A stretch of DNA of 63,654 bases, counting the filler, from Pelomyxa schiedti (lineage: Eukaryota > Protista > Evosea): assembly GCA_020536535.1 (NCBI GenBank). It is 10 parts of 10 records of this genome, joined end to end, with 100 filler letters (N's around TTAATTAATTAA, not from the genome) between each part and the next. Parts side by side here need not be neighbours in the genome. Positions count along the whole stretch, not along the records: positions 1 to 6,744 come from JAHLWZ010000090.1; positions 6,845 to 8,469 come from JAHLWZ010002379.1; positions 8,570 to 14,945 come from JAHLWZ010001425.1; 7 more parts are not named here. One strand, written 5' to 3'. This document shows positions 1 to 11,922 of the stretch, one piece after another. The notes below the pieces were generated by a model that saw only the letters and a program-made list of their open reading frames with translations, was not told where the DNA came from and searched no databases. Every line of letters starts with the position of its first letter. The stretch's first letter is position 1. The translations under genes and the position numbers were made by a program.

Positions 1-1799
1 CTCACAAGGAGGTGATAATTCCATGTGGAATCACACCTTCCATGGTGACCAGAGTGGATAAGAACCACAGAGGAGTAATGGGCTATGATGCTCGGGAATG
101 GATAAGAAGTATTCCTACGCATGCACCACAGTTCGTATCAAGGAGGAAGACAAGGGGAGCATCAGACCTGATGTCGATGAGGCGAGTGTGCAGGAGGCTG
201 CATGACCTGATGGGAACTGTTCCGTTCTGGATCGAGATGTGCAGGCACAGGTACGGATTCTTCGAGGTGAGGAACGAGATGACACCGGAGGAGGTGGCTG
301 CGTTGGAGGAGGAGAAGGCGGCGGCGAGGGAGAAGGCACAACTGGAGGCAAAAGCAATCGAAGAAGAGAAAGAGAGAAGGAAGGTGCTGAGGGAGAGACA
401 AGAACTTCGTGCCAAAACGAGAGCTGAGAGGGAGCTCGAAAAAAGGGCTGCTAAGGAGAAAGCCAAAGTAGAGAAACAAGCTGCTGCTGTGGCCGCAGCG
501 GAACTGGCACAGAATTTTTCAGTGAGTGCAGAACCGGAAATTAATCCCAAGGACTCTTGTGATTATGATGTTTGTGAAGACGAAGACTCTAATGTTAGTG
601 AATACTCGGATGCAGATGAAGCTGCAATTCCCTCCAAAATTGAAGCGGTTATTGCATATTCACACAGCAGAATCGTTCTGCCCACTGGTTGCAATGATGC
701 CTCTTGGTGGGAGAAAATATTCTTCGATGTTTCTCACACGTAAAATTCCTTCTCACTCCCCAGCAAGCCTTTGTCACTTGACAAAACAAACTAAAAACAG
801 AGGGTGTGATCACTGCAAAGCGTTTCCAATGGAAGTTTTCTTCAAGTGCCTCCACTGCAATGATGTTTATTTGTGTGAAAAATGCGAGTCCTTCCATCCA
901 CGGTTTGTCTCTTCCCAGGACAAATCTATTCCCCAACTGTTTTGACACAGGACACACCTCATGGCGAAAGTATCCACACCATTTCATTGGTCACAACCGA
1001 ATATCAGGCTTGCACCGAGACAGGCAATTCACACCGGAATTTGCAGTGTTTGTGCCTCTTCCTTTGGTGAAGTCCTTTATCAGGTTTCTTTCTTTCCCTC
1101 TCCACACTCTCCCAAATCCAACAGTGAATCTCACTCATTCTCTCTCTTTCAACAGTGCTCCGAATGTGACAATTACAAAATATGTCCCAGCTGTCACCAA
1201 TCCGGATCTGTCGAACACGAACACACCAAATTCTGGGAGGTTGTTGTTCCTGACAATGAACTGTACGATGCTAAACAACGTGGAAACAACCCGCGGTGGG
1301 CCTCATGTGATGGGAAAGGTTCCAAATGCATTAGGAGGTGTACTGGAATCAACTGGATGTGCTTGGTGCGTGTACCCTCCCTCCACCCACATTGATCAAA
1401 CAAAAAAACCAACGGAATCAAACGCAAAAAAAAGGTGTGCGATAACTATGACTTGTGTGAAGCCTGTGAGAGGAGCCGTGAATTCTCTTGCCGTAGTTAC
1501 AGTGGCAATGTATGTTCATGATTAAACTGCCACATCACACCTGACCCCGTTCACAGCGAAACACACATGACATGACACACCCTTTGTTGAAAATTCTGGA
1601 TTCCAAGTGTGTTGTGTTCTCTCGTTTCAATTTTTATTCTCACAGAAACACAGATATGACACGTCCAAGTGGGTATTGTCATTCACTGAGTGCCACTTCT
1701 GAGTTGCCCTTCCATGTCCCCATCACAAATTTGTTATTGTTAGTTCCCCGTCTGATCGTAGGATACCCCACATCAACCCTACACCGAACCAGGTTTTGA
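1..1799 (+). CDS. F-box-like/coiled-coil/triple ZZ-type zinc-finger protein, copy 1 (type alpha, 5'-truncated)
   Basis: Spliced reading across short GT-AG introns: ASDLMSMRRVCRRLHDL (F-box C-half), an E/K/R coiled coil, then three Cys clusters (CDHC..CLHCNDVYLCEKCESFH; CSVC..CSECDNYKICPSCH; CDG..CL|VCDNYDLCEAC..H) matching the ZZ-finger pattern. The 3' end is approximate. Confidence 0.75.
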
Positions 1800-3299
1800 T
1801 GAACGCCGCCGTGGGGCCGCGGCTCGTTGATCTCCCCGACAGCGTCATCGTAGCCATCGCATCCTACGTCTCGGCCGACACCACCCCCCTGTCGCAACAG
1901 CCCTGCACCCAAACGCATCAGCATACCTGGTGTCCCACCTTGCAACCAGCCGCCTCACCCAAATGCATCATCGGATCCGAAGAACCGCCGCCGGAGTCGG
2001 AGGACGAGCCTGCTGCTGCGTCGCGATTGCACCACGTGGTGGCGGTGCCCAGTGGAATCACACCGTCGATGGTGAAGAGACTGGAAGGGGCCCAGCCGGG
2101 CAAGAAGACCCTCGATGACGAGTGGGAAGAGCAGGAAAGGATCAGAGGTCTGGCGGCGGACATCGCACCACAGTTCGTGTCGAGGAGGAAGACGAGGGGG
2201 GCATCGGACCTGATGTCGATGAGGCGAGTGTGCAGGAGGCTGCATGACCTGATGGGAACGGTTCCGTTCTGGATCGAGATGTGCAGGCACAGGTACGGAT
2301 TCTTCGAGGTGAGGAACGAGATGACACCGGAGGAGGTGGCTGCGTTGGAGGAGGAGAAGGCGGTGGCGAGGGAGAAGGCACAACTGGAGGCAAAAGCAAT
2401 CGAAGAAGAGAAGGAGAGAAGGAAGGTGCTGAGGGAGAGACAGGAACTTCGTGCCAAAAGGAGAGAACTCCAAAGAAGGGCAGTGGCTGAGGAGCAAGCT
2501 GAAAGAGAGAAACAAGCTGCCTCAACAGCACCGGAAATGACACAAAATCAATCACAGAGTGGAGAGCAAGATTCACAACCTTCTGTTGATACCACCGCCA
2601 CAACAACCACAACAACCCCAACAACCCCAACAACACCTGAAACACCCAGTGGTTCAACTGGACCACCGAGGATTGATCCCAATGACCCAGCGTTTCCTGA
2701 TGCCCTCGTTCCCACAATCTCTGTTCCTGAACCACCTGACCCTGATGATGATGACGAGGAGGAGGATGCGGCAGTCGACGCAGATGAATCTGCCATTCCC
2801 TCCAAAATGGAAGCGGTTGTTGCATATTCGCACAGCAGGATCGTTCTCCCCACCGGTTGCAATGATGCCTCTTGGTGGGAGAAAATATTCTTCGATGTTT
2901 CGCACATGTCAAGCGTCTTCTCACTCTCATTCAAACACGCCTTTTCACTTTTCCCCTCTCCAAAAAACGAACAGAGGATGTGACCACTGCAAAGCGTTTC
3001 CAATGGAAGTGTTCTTCAAGTGCCTCCACTGCAACGATGTTTATTTGTGTGAAAAATGTGAGTCCTTCCACCCGAGGTTTGTTTCCCTTCGTACGTAAAT
3101 CTCCTCCTCCACCAAACGGGATTTTTGACACAGGACACACCTCATGGCGAAAGTATCCACACCATTCCACTGGTCACAACCGAACATCACGCTTGCACCA
3201 GCACATGCAATTCACACCGGAATTTGCAGTGTTTGTGCCTCTTCCTTTGGTGAAGTCATTTATCAGGTTTCTTTCTTTCCCTCGTTCGCACTCTCCCAA
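1799..3299 (+). CDS. F-box-like/ZZ-finger protein, copy 2 (type beta; runs into the gap)
   Basis: ORF 1796-2983 has LVDLPDSVIVAIASYV ... DLMSMRRVCRRL and the same ZZ exons as copy 1. Confidence 0.75.
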
Positions 3300-3399
3300 N
3301 NNNNNNNNNNNNNNNNNNNNNNNNNNNNNNNNNNNNNNNNNNNNNNNNNNNNNNNNNNNNNNNNNNNNNNNNNNNNNNNNNNNNNNNNNNNNNNNNNNN

Positions 3400-4984
3400 G
3401 ACCTGATGGGAACGGTTCCGTTCTGGATCGAGATGTGCAGGCACAGGTACGGATTCTTCGAGGTGAGGAACGAGATGACACCGGAGGAGGTGGCTGCGTT
3501 GGAGGAGGAGAAGGCGGCGGAGAGGGAGAAGGCACAACTGGAGGCAAAAGCAATCGAAGAAGAGAAGGAGAGAAGGAAGGTGCTGAGGGAGAGACAAGAA
3601 CTTCGTGCCAAAAGGAGAGCTGAGAGGGAGCGCGAAAAAAGGGCTGCTAAGGAGAAAGCCAAAGTAGAGAAACAAGCTGCTGCTGTGGCCGCAGCGGAAT
3701 GGGCACAGAATTTTTCAGCGAGTACAGAACCGGAAATTGATCCCAAGGACTCTTGTGATTCTGATGTTAGTGAAGACCAAGACTCTGATGTTAGTGAATA
3801 CTCGGATGCAGATGAAGCTGCCATTCCCTGCAAAATTGAAGCGGTTGTTGCATATTCACACAGCAGAATCGTTCTGCCCACCGGTTGCAATGATGCCTCT
3901 TGGTGGGAGAAAATATTCTTCGATGTTTCTCACATGTAAAATTCCTTCTCACTCCCCAGTAAGCCTTTGTGACTTGACCAACAAAACAAACCAAAAACAG
4001 AGGGTGTGATCACTGCAAAGCGTTTCCGATGGAAGTTTTCTTCAAGTGCCTCCACTGCAATGATGTTTATTTGTGTGAAAAATGTGAGTCCTTCCACCCA
4101 AGGTTTGTCTCTTCCCAGGACAAATCTATTCCCCAACTGTTTTGACGCAGGACACACCTCATGGCGAAAGTATCCACACCATTCCACTGGTCACAACCGA
4201 ATATCAGGCTTGCACCGAGACAGGCAATTCACACCGGAATTTGCAGTGTTTGTGCCTCTTCCTTTGGTGAAGTCATTTATCAGGCTTCTTTCTTTCCCTC
4301 TCCACACTCTCCCAAATTGCACAGTGAATCTCATTCTCTCTCTCTTCAACAGTGCTCCGACTGTGACAATTACAAAATATGTCCCGGCTGTCACAAATCC
4401 AGATCTGTCGAACACGAACACTCCAAATTCTGGGAGGTTGTTGTTCCTGACAATGAATTGTACGATGCCAAACAACGTGGAAACAACCCGCGGTGGGCCT
4501 CATGTGATGGGAAAGGTTCCAAGTGCATGAGGAGGTGCACTGGAATCAACTGGATGTGCTTGGTGTGTGTGCCCTCCCTCCATCAAACAAAAAAACCAAC
4601 AGCATCAAACACAAAAAAAAGGTGTGCGATAACTATGACTTGTGCGAAGCCTGTGAGAGGAGCCGCGAATTCTGTTGCCGTAGTTACAGTGGCAATGTAT
4701 GTTCATGATTCAACTGCCACATAACACCTGACCCCGTTCACAGCGAAACACACATGACATGACACACCCTTTGTTGAAAATTCTGGATTCCAAGTGTGTT
4801 CTCTCGTTTCAATTTTTATTCTCACAGAAACACAGATATGACACGTCCAAGTGGGTATTGTCATTCACTGCGTGCCACTTCTGAGTTGCCCTTCCATCAC
4901 AAATTTGTTTCAAAAAAAATGAAGGAAAGTACCTCTGCCGTCGAGCCGCGACCCAATGGATATCTTAATGTGATTTTTGTTTGA
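3400..4984 (+). CDS. F-box-like/ZZ-finger protein, copy 3 (type alpha; 5' end in the gap)
   Basis: Near-identical to copy 1 with the same intron positions. Confidence 0.72.
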
Positions 4985-5057
4985 TCACTGTGATTGTTTG
5001 TTCCCCGTTTGATCGTAGGATACCCAACAAATCAACCCTACACCGAACGGGGTGTTG

Positions 5058-6744
5058 ATGAACGCGCCCGATAGCAGGGTGGGGCCACCCCCCGGGACAA
5101 CCGCCGCCGTGGGGCCGCGGCTCGTGGATCTCCCGGACAGCATCATCGTAGCCATCGCGTACTACGTCGCGGCCGACCCCAGGCCCCAGTCGACCCAAAA
5201 GCATCATCATATCTGGTGTCCCACCTCACCAGCCGCCGCACCCAAAGGCATCATCGGATCCGAAGAAACTCAGCCAGCGTCGGAGGACGAGCCTGCTGCT
5301 GCGTCGCGATTGCACCACGTGGTGGCGGTGCCCAGTGGAATCACACCGTCGATGGTGAAGAGACTGGAAGGGGCCCAGCCGGGCAATAAGATCCTCGATG
5401 ACGAGTGGGAAGAGCAGGAAAGGATCAGAAGTCTGGCGGCGGACATCGCACCACAGTTCGTGTCGAGGAGGAAGACGAGGGGGGCGTCGGACCTGATGTC
5501 GATTAGGCGAGTGTGCAGGAGGCTGCATGACCTGATGGGAACTGTTCCGTTCTGGATCGAGATGTGCAGGCACAGGTACGGATTCTTCGAGGTGAGGAAC
5601 GAGATGACACAGGAGGAGGTGGCTGCGTTGGAGGAGGAGAAGGCGGCGGAGAGGGAGAAGGCACAACTGGAGGCAAAAGCAATCGAAGAAGAGAAGGAGA
5701 GAAGGAAGGTGCTGATGGAGAGACAGGAACTTCGTGCCAAAAGGAGAGAACTCCAAAGAAGGGCAGTGGCTGAGGAGCAAGCCGAAAGAGAGAAACAAGC
5801 TGCCTCAACAGCACCGGAAATGACACAAAATCAATCACAGACAACCTTCTGTTGATACCACCGCCACAACAACCACAACAACCCCAACAACACCTGAAAC
5901 ACCCAGTGGTTCAACTGGACCACCGAGGATTGATCCCAATGACCCAGCGTTTCTTGATGCCCTCGTTCCCACAATCTCTGTTCCTGAACCACCTGAGCCT
6001 GATGATGATGACGAGGAGGAGGATGCGGCAGTCGACGCAGATGAATCTGGCATTCCCTCCAAAATGGAAGCGGTTGTTGCATATTCGCACAGCAGGATCG
6101 TTCTGCCCACCGGTTGCAATGATGCCTCTTGGTGGGAGAAAATATTCTTCGATGTTTCGCACATGTAAAGCGTCTTCTCACTCTCATTCAACACGCCTTT
6201 TCACTTGTCCCCTCTCCAAAAAACGAACAGAGGATGTGACCACTGCAAAGCGTTTCCAATGGAAGTTTTCTTCAAGTGCCTCCACTGCAATGATGTTTAT
6301 TTGTGTGAAAAATGTGAGTCCTTCCACCCGAGGTTTGTCTCTTCTTCCCTTCTCGTGGTAAATCTCCTCCTCCACCTCCAACGGGATTTTTGACACAGGA
6401 CACACCTCATGGCGAAAGTATCCACACCATTTCATTGGTCACAACCGAACATCACGCTTGCACCAGCACATGCAATTCACACTGGAATTTGCAGTGTTTG
6501 TGCCTCTTCCTTTGGTGAAGTCATTTATCAGGTTTCTTTCTTTCCCTCCTTTGCACTCTCCCAATATTTCGAGTTGGGTGAGTCTCACTCTCTCTCTCAT
6601 TCTCTCTCTTTCAACAGTGCTCTGAATGCGACAATTACAAAATATGTCCCGGCTGTCACGAAGCGGGATCGGTGGAACACGAACACTCCAAATTCTGGGA
6701 GGTTGTTGTTCCTGACAATGAACTGTATGATGCAGAACAACGCG
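5058..6744 (+). pseudogene. F-box-like/ZZ-finger protein, copy 4 (type beta), frameshifted
   Basis: Near-identical to copy 2 but lacks the 17 nt GTGGAGAGCAAGATTCA at ~5840, giving a stop at 5853-5855. Truncated by the contig end. Confidence 0.7.
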
Positions 6745-8569
6745 NNNNNNNNNNNNNNNNNNNNNNNNNNNNNNNNNNNNNNNNNNNNTTAATTAATTAA
6801 NNNNNNNNNNNNNNNNNNNNNNNNNNNNNNNNNNNNNNNNNNNNGTTTTAATTGATATCCAGAGCTCTCGGTGTTGGTTTTCCTGTTGCAAACTGAGTCG
6901 TTTATCGACGACGAACCTCTTACCTTTTCATCCTCTGGACTTTTACTGGTTTGATTTGTATAGTAGGATGAACCATATCTGCCCCAGTGGGGAGAGTCAT
7001 CATTTTTATCCTCGATGTAACTTTCTTTGGCACCTCTGGATTACCAAGTTGCTCAAGAAATACTTTTTGGAGAAACCCACCACTGCTTTATCAACGCTCA
7101 CTCCCCACCAATCACACATGAACGTAGCGTTTGAAGAAGGGGAAGACACCTTATCCAGAGAGTTTGGGGGCTCTCGCTTCATCCCAGTAAGTCAGTATTG
7201 CCAATACACTGGACGCTGTAGCACTAAAGGGTATCTATATGTGTTACTTGGATTTCATTTTGCTAAAAGGGTTCCAGTTCCTCATACCAATGTGCATCAA
7301 TTCTTTTTTTTTTTTTTTTTTTTTTTGACCTGAGAAGATCTTATGTATGGCAGTTTTTGTATTTGTGAATCAGATTGTAGGTTTGTTCACTTCGATTCGT
7401 ATTTCTTCTGAGTAGACACGTAGTTTATCGAAGAATGAATGGGGTAGTGCCCTGTGTATTCATGGCGAAGGCTACAACTTCAACACTGAACTAAAAACCT
7501 CGGAAGGTATAACGAACACTCAGAAGATCGAATGTAGTTTTGATGATGTTTTCTCACTACCTATAAGGAAGAATCTCGAAAAAAACTAAACTACCAATGA
7601 CTGCTTGCTTTATCTTCGCCGTCGGGAGGGAACACCGCTTCCCGCAAAGCACTTCTTTCTCCAATACAAATTATTAGTGGCAAACAACTGGGTTCACTTC
7701 TTCTCACAATATTCAGTTCGACTTGTGTCGGGTGGGCACATTAATATGTATTCCCATTTTAAAAAAAACCCATGCAAATCTTCTTGCTAGGAGCTGCTTT
7801 CATGTTCCTCACTTTCGTCACGGATAACATTAATATAGGGCACAACTGGAAACAATCCTAGGACTTGTCCCTCTCCTTAACCTGACAGGACAGCAATAAT
7901 TGTTTGGATGATGTTAAAACTCTGGGGTAGATGCACCAAGCGGTATAATCAGCTCCCAAGTCAGATTCTGATGCCAAAACATAATAGCCACGCCCTTGAG
8001 GTTGGACACCTTCCTTCCCAGTGCCACTCACTGTTCACTCCCTTGCACCCAACCAACAGATGAACAGGTGTGGCGAGGTGACTTCGCGTCGCTGTAGTTC
8101 TACTAAGTACAAACTACCCGCGAATATGTTGGGACCCTGAGGGAGATTCAGGCGACACCTAGGAGTGATTCTAGTGCCTTTATAAGGCGGGAACAACACC
8201 ATTGTAGGTTGCTCAAGCAAGCCAAAGTAAAAGTAACAGGGGAAAAGTTCTTCATTTTTAGTGGGGTTTTCAAAAATCATCATCATCAACGAAGTGAGGT
8301 GAGGCTCTGGCCGGCAATCAGGAGCGAGACGAGGCAACACGAGTGACTGTCAGGTGCCATGTGCCACGGAAGGACATTGTGAGAATGAGAGCCCCAGAGA
8401 CCCAGTCCTGCACCTCCACAACCATGCCGTCTTCAACATGTATCAGAGTGCCGGCTTCAGCAAACATTTNNNNNNNNNNNNNNNNNNNNNNNNNNNNNNN
8501 NNNNNNNNNNNNNTTAATTAATTAANNNNNNNNNNNNNNNNNNNNNNNNNNNNNNNNNNNNNNNNNNNN

Positions 8570-9121
8570 GCGGCCTGCTTCTCCCCGTGATGCTGACCAA
8601 TTCCAGCGGAGTCAAGCGCACCGACTTTGGCTACCTCGGCGCCGGCCTCTACTTTGGAGACACCTGTGCCGCCAGCGCCAAATACGCCATTAAAAAACCA
8701 TCAACAACAACCACCAAATCCACGAAACCCAAATCCGCCACGACCAAGAATAAGTCCACATCCCCCATCAACAACAACAACCACAACCACCACACCAAAA
8801 TCATCCTCATCATCATCATCATCATCATCATCCACAACAACAGCATCAACAACAGTGGCACAGACATGGCTTATGCTTGTGTTCCGGGTGTATGTTGGCC
8901 GCCCTCATGACTACACCCACGTGTGCCCCACGCTCACGGCTCCGCCTAATGGTTGCGATTCGTGCCGTGGCGTTGCCGCTACCGCTACATCGCCCTCTGA
9001 CTTTGTTGACAACGAGTGGGTTGTGTACGACCTCGCTCAGCAGCAACTGGAAAACATAGTGGAGTTCAAACTGTGCTGTTGTTGTTGCGTTCCAGTGTCT
9101 TCGGTACTATTCTGTTCCTGA
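8570..9121 (+). pseudogene. PARP catalytic-domain fragment (PARP4/vault-PARP-like), frameshifted
   Basis: RTDFGYLGAGLYFGD..SAKYA lies in one frame. LMLVFRVYVG..PPNGCDSCRGV..SDFVDNEWVVYD..Q lies in another. The frame switch falls in an ACA/TCA low-complexity tract and no GT-AG intron I could find restores the frame. Confidence 0.7.
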
Positions 9122-9337
9122 TTTCTGTATCGCTTCACCTCATCAATCAATTCACTCAGGGATGGAGACACACGAGGGTCGATGTTGGTGTTGTGGTTGT
9201 TGTAGATAAGACGAATTCCACGTTGTACATACCCCCTACGTCGTACACCACGTACCTCTGCGACGGCGTTCCCATAAGTTCCACCGACGGCACGGCGTGC
9301 GTGGCCGGCAAAGCGACCAGCGTGACCACGTACGCAA

Positions 9338-11045
9338 TTGGCGCAATTGGCGCTTTCGGCACTCGTTCAGTCCGAAACTCGTGACGACTACGCCTATCGA
9401 CCAGGGTATTACTTCGACTCCACCGGCTGCGTGAAATCAAAGTCCGTGTTCGACTGCGTGAAACGAGGCACTACCGTCGACCTCTACTCCGAATTCAGCG
9501 GATTCAATCCCATAATGCTGAACTCGGGGGCCTCTTACTCGCTCTCAAACGCGGCCGTGAATGACGTCACCTCGGCCGATGGAAAAGACACGTGCGATTT
9601 CAGCGGGCTCGGGGCTGGAATTGCTGTATATGGCGGGACGAAGCTATCTATCACTGACACCAGCGTGATTGTGAGGGGTGTGGCTAAGCCAGCACTGTAT
9701 GTGGATTCTGAGAGCATTGTTACTGTACAGAATTGTAAGCTTACTAGCTATGGAGGCACCTTGTACAGTGACTATGAGAATACGATTTCAGAATCATACA
9801 TGGTTTCGAGTCCCTGGGCTCTAGGTTTAATATCATCCAATAGAACTTACAATTTAGCTAAAATTTAGAAAGTAAGTTGATTTACCTTTTGTTTAAGGCC
9901 TTATGGGGACAAGTAGAACTCTTCTTGCGCTCGGGGACCACCCAACAGTGCATGTCATCGAATCAGAGGTCACCGCGGCGCAGTGGGGAGTTCTGTCACT
10001 CGATATTCCTGCGGGTCCTGCTGCATTGAATGTTGTCAACAGTAAGATAACACTTTTGGGTGCAGACTACCTCCTTCAACAGCCCAATTCAGACGGAACA
10101 ATCTTATACCAAACCGCAAATCCATATACAAATCGTTCTGGCTATGGTACCTACGTAATTGGAGTTGACACAGCGTTTGAGTATGGCGTTACTGTAACTG
10201 TGGGCACCTACATAGCGGTATTGTCCGGTGGTCAGGCCACATTCACGAGTCTTGTTGAAGGTGAAACATACACCCTTTATGATTCATATGGCTCTATTTC
10301 GAAGACATACACTGCAACAGAAAGCAAAGTCAGCACACTTGTTTCAGATACTTTTGGATTCATGGCCTGTGAATTCAACTGAACATTGCGTATAGAGGAG
10401 GGACCGTTGTCACCTCTGGTTGTTTGGCTTCGTTCTATATATCATCTGGCTCTGTTATCTCCCCTGGAAATGGTATTCTCCTGCAGGTTGTACCTCTTTT
10501 TCCACGCTCAATTTCTCACAATGGTGGCAAGGTAATGGACGACAATGATCTTACAACAGGAAAGAGCGATTCAGAGAACGTAATCTTTTTCCACCTTCCA
10601 TTCTGAGGAAGCCGGCTGGCCAACCCCCACATCTACCGGTTCTATGAACAAAACCTCGCTCACTCTTGACGAAGTCACTGTCACTGGGGATATCTACAAC
10701 GGTGCCAGTTACTATGGGCAGAGTGCACCATCACTGGAAGTTAAACTAACCAACAGAGCTACCTTAAATGCCGCAATCGCGGCAACTGCAACAATCCACA
10801 TGACATAGGAAGGCAATCTAGCAATCAAAAGTGCCCAGGTACCGTGCACCCAAGCCATGAAACTCCCTCACTAATTCATTCATAATAAGGTAAAAGCAAG
10901 TGAAGAGTGGATTTCGTTCCAGAACACCTACTTCACCATCAGTGAATACTTTGATATCAGGCAAGTTGCCAACAAGGTGTTCTACAATGGGCACAATGAC
11001 ATATCAGTTACAGTAGGTGCCGGCTGCACGTGGGTGGTCACAGCT
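9338..11045 (+). pseudogene. Bacterial-like beta-helix/autotransporter-passenger-like protein with introns, degenerate
   Basis: S/T/G/N/V-rich beta-strand repeats (SPWALGL|MGTSRT, QWGVLSLD, SGYGTYVIG, GNGILLQ|VMDDND, TGDIYNG, FYNGHNDISVTV..WVVT), short GT-AG introns and an in-frame TAG at 10806-10808. Confidence 0.55.
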
Positions 11046-11319
11046 CAGCCTCATTTATTCTGTTTGTTGTTTGTTTTGATTTGTGGGGATTAGGTTGCGA
11101 TTCTAAGTACCCCCAACAATTTATCTAATGATCTTTCCCCACCCAAATAGGGGGACTTCCTCCTGAGGAATTACCATTCATTAATCAAGGCATGGCTGTG
11201 AGTCATCCATCATCATCATCATCATTATTGTCACCAGTGTGGACTGTTGCACACCTTTCGTTCAACATCCTTAGTTTGGTGTTGTGTGGCATCGTGCACC
11301 CCAAAACTATGGATGTCAC

Positions 11320-11545
11320 ACAAAATTGCACGATGTTGCCAACAACAAACGGAGTTAATTGCACAATTTTGCCAACGACAAACGGAGTTAATCGCGTTAT
11401 GTGCACTACATCGCTGACAACAAACAGTGTTAATCACATTATGTGTGCGCCTTTCGTTACGCACCAATGGTTTTCATGCACCTTTCATTGCAACATCCAT
11501 TGCACCATCATTGGTTTTCATGCACCTTTCGTTGCAACATCCTTG
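11320..11545. repeat. Imperfect tandem repeats (33-bp and 44-bp periods)
   Basis: TTGCCAAC(A/G)ACAAACGGAGTTAAT at 11336 and 11369; TGGTTTTCATGCACCTTTC..TGCAACATCC at 11468 and 11512. Confidence 0.8.
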
Positions 11546-11596
11546 TTTTCTGTAAAAGTCACTTCACCTCATACAATTTTATTTTACTGTATGTAT

Positions 11597-11854
11597 TGTA
11601 TTCTTTTTGAAGTTGTTCCCCCCCACACCACCAAAAGCACTGTTTTGGTGGTTACCCTTGTTGGAAAGAAGAAATTGTGGTGTTCCCACTTTTACGGTGT
11701 CTTTGTGTTTGGGTAATCTTATTTGCCTGCTTTATGTATTACTAAAGGAAATAGATGATGGGTGCACAGAAACCAATGGATGTCACAATGAAATCATCAT
11801 AAGCTTTTGCACTGTTTTGGTGGTGTGGGGGGGAACAACTTCAAAAAGAATACA
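11597..11854. repeat. Perfect 40-bp inverted repeat bounding 258 bp (MITE-like)
   Basis: 11597-11636 TGTATTCTTTTTGAAGTTGTTCCCCCCCACACCACCAAAA is the exact reverse complement of 11815-11854. Confidence 0.75.
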
Positions 11855-11922
11855 TCATACTGTTGCCCCTTTTTAAGAGGTTGTACTTTCCATTCTCCAT
11901 AAGAACCAGCTTACATTATAAG

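Noticed and set aside
6789-6800. TTAATTAATTAA recurring nine times between N runs
   Set aside because: It is an artificial all-frame stop linker joining contigs. It is not a biological repeat or CRISPR, and genes on either side are not neighbours.
6845-8469. Possible retroelement or gene remnant
   Set aside because: No recognisable motif was found in any frame I read, so it is left unannotated.
11320-11545. CRISPR-like spacing of ~33-44-bp repeats
   Set aside because: These are contiguous tandem duplications without unique spacers, in a eukaryotic context with no cas genes.
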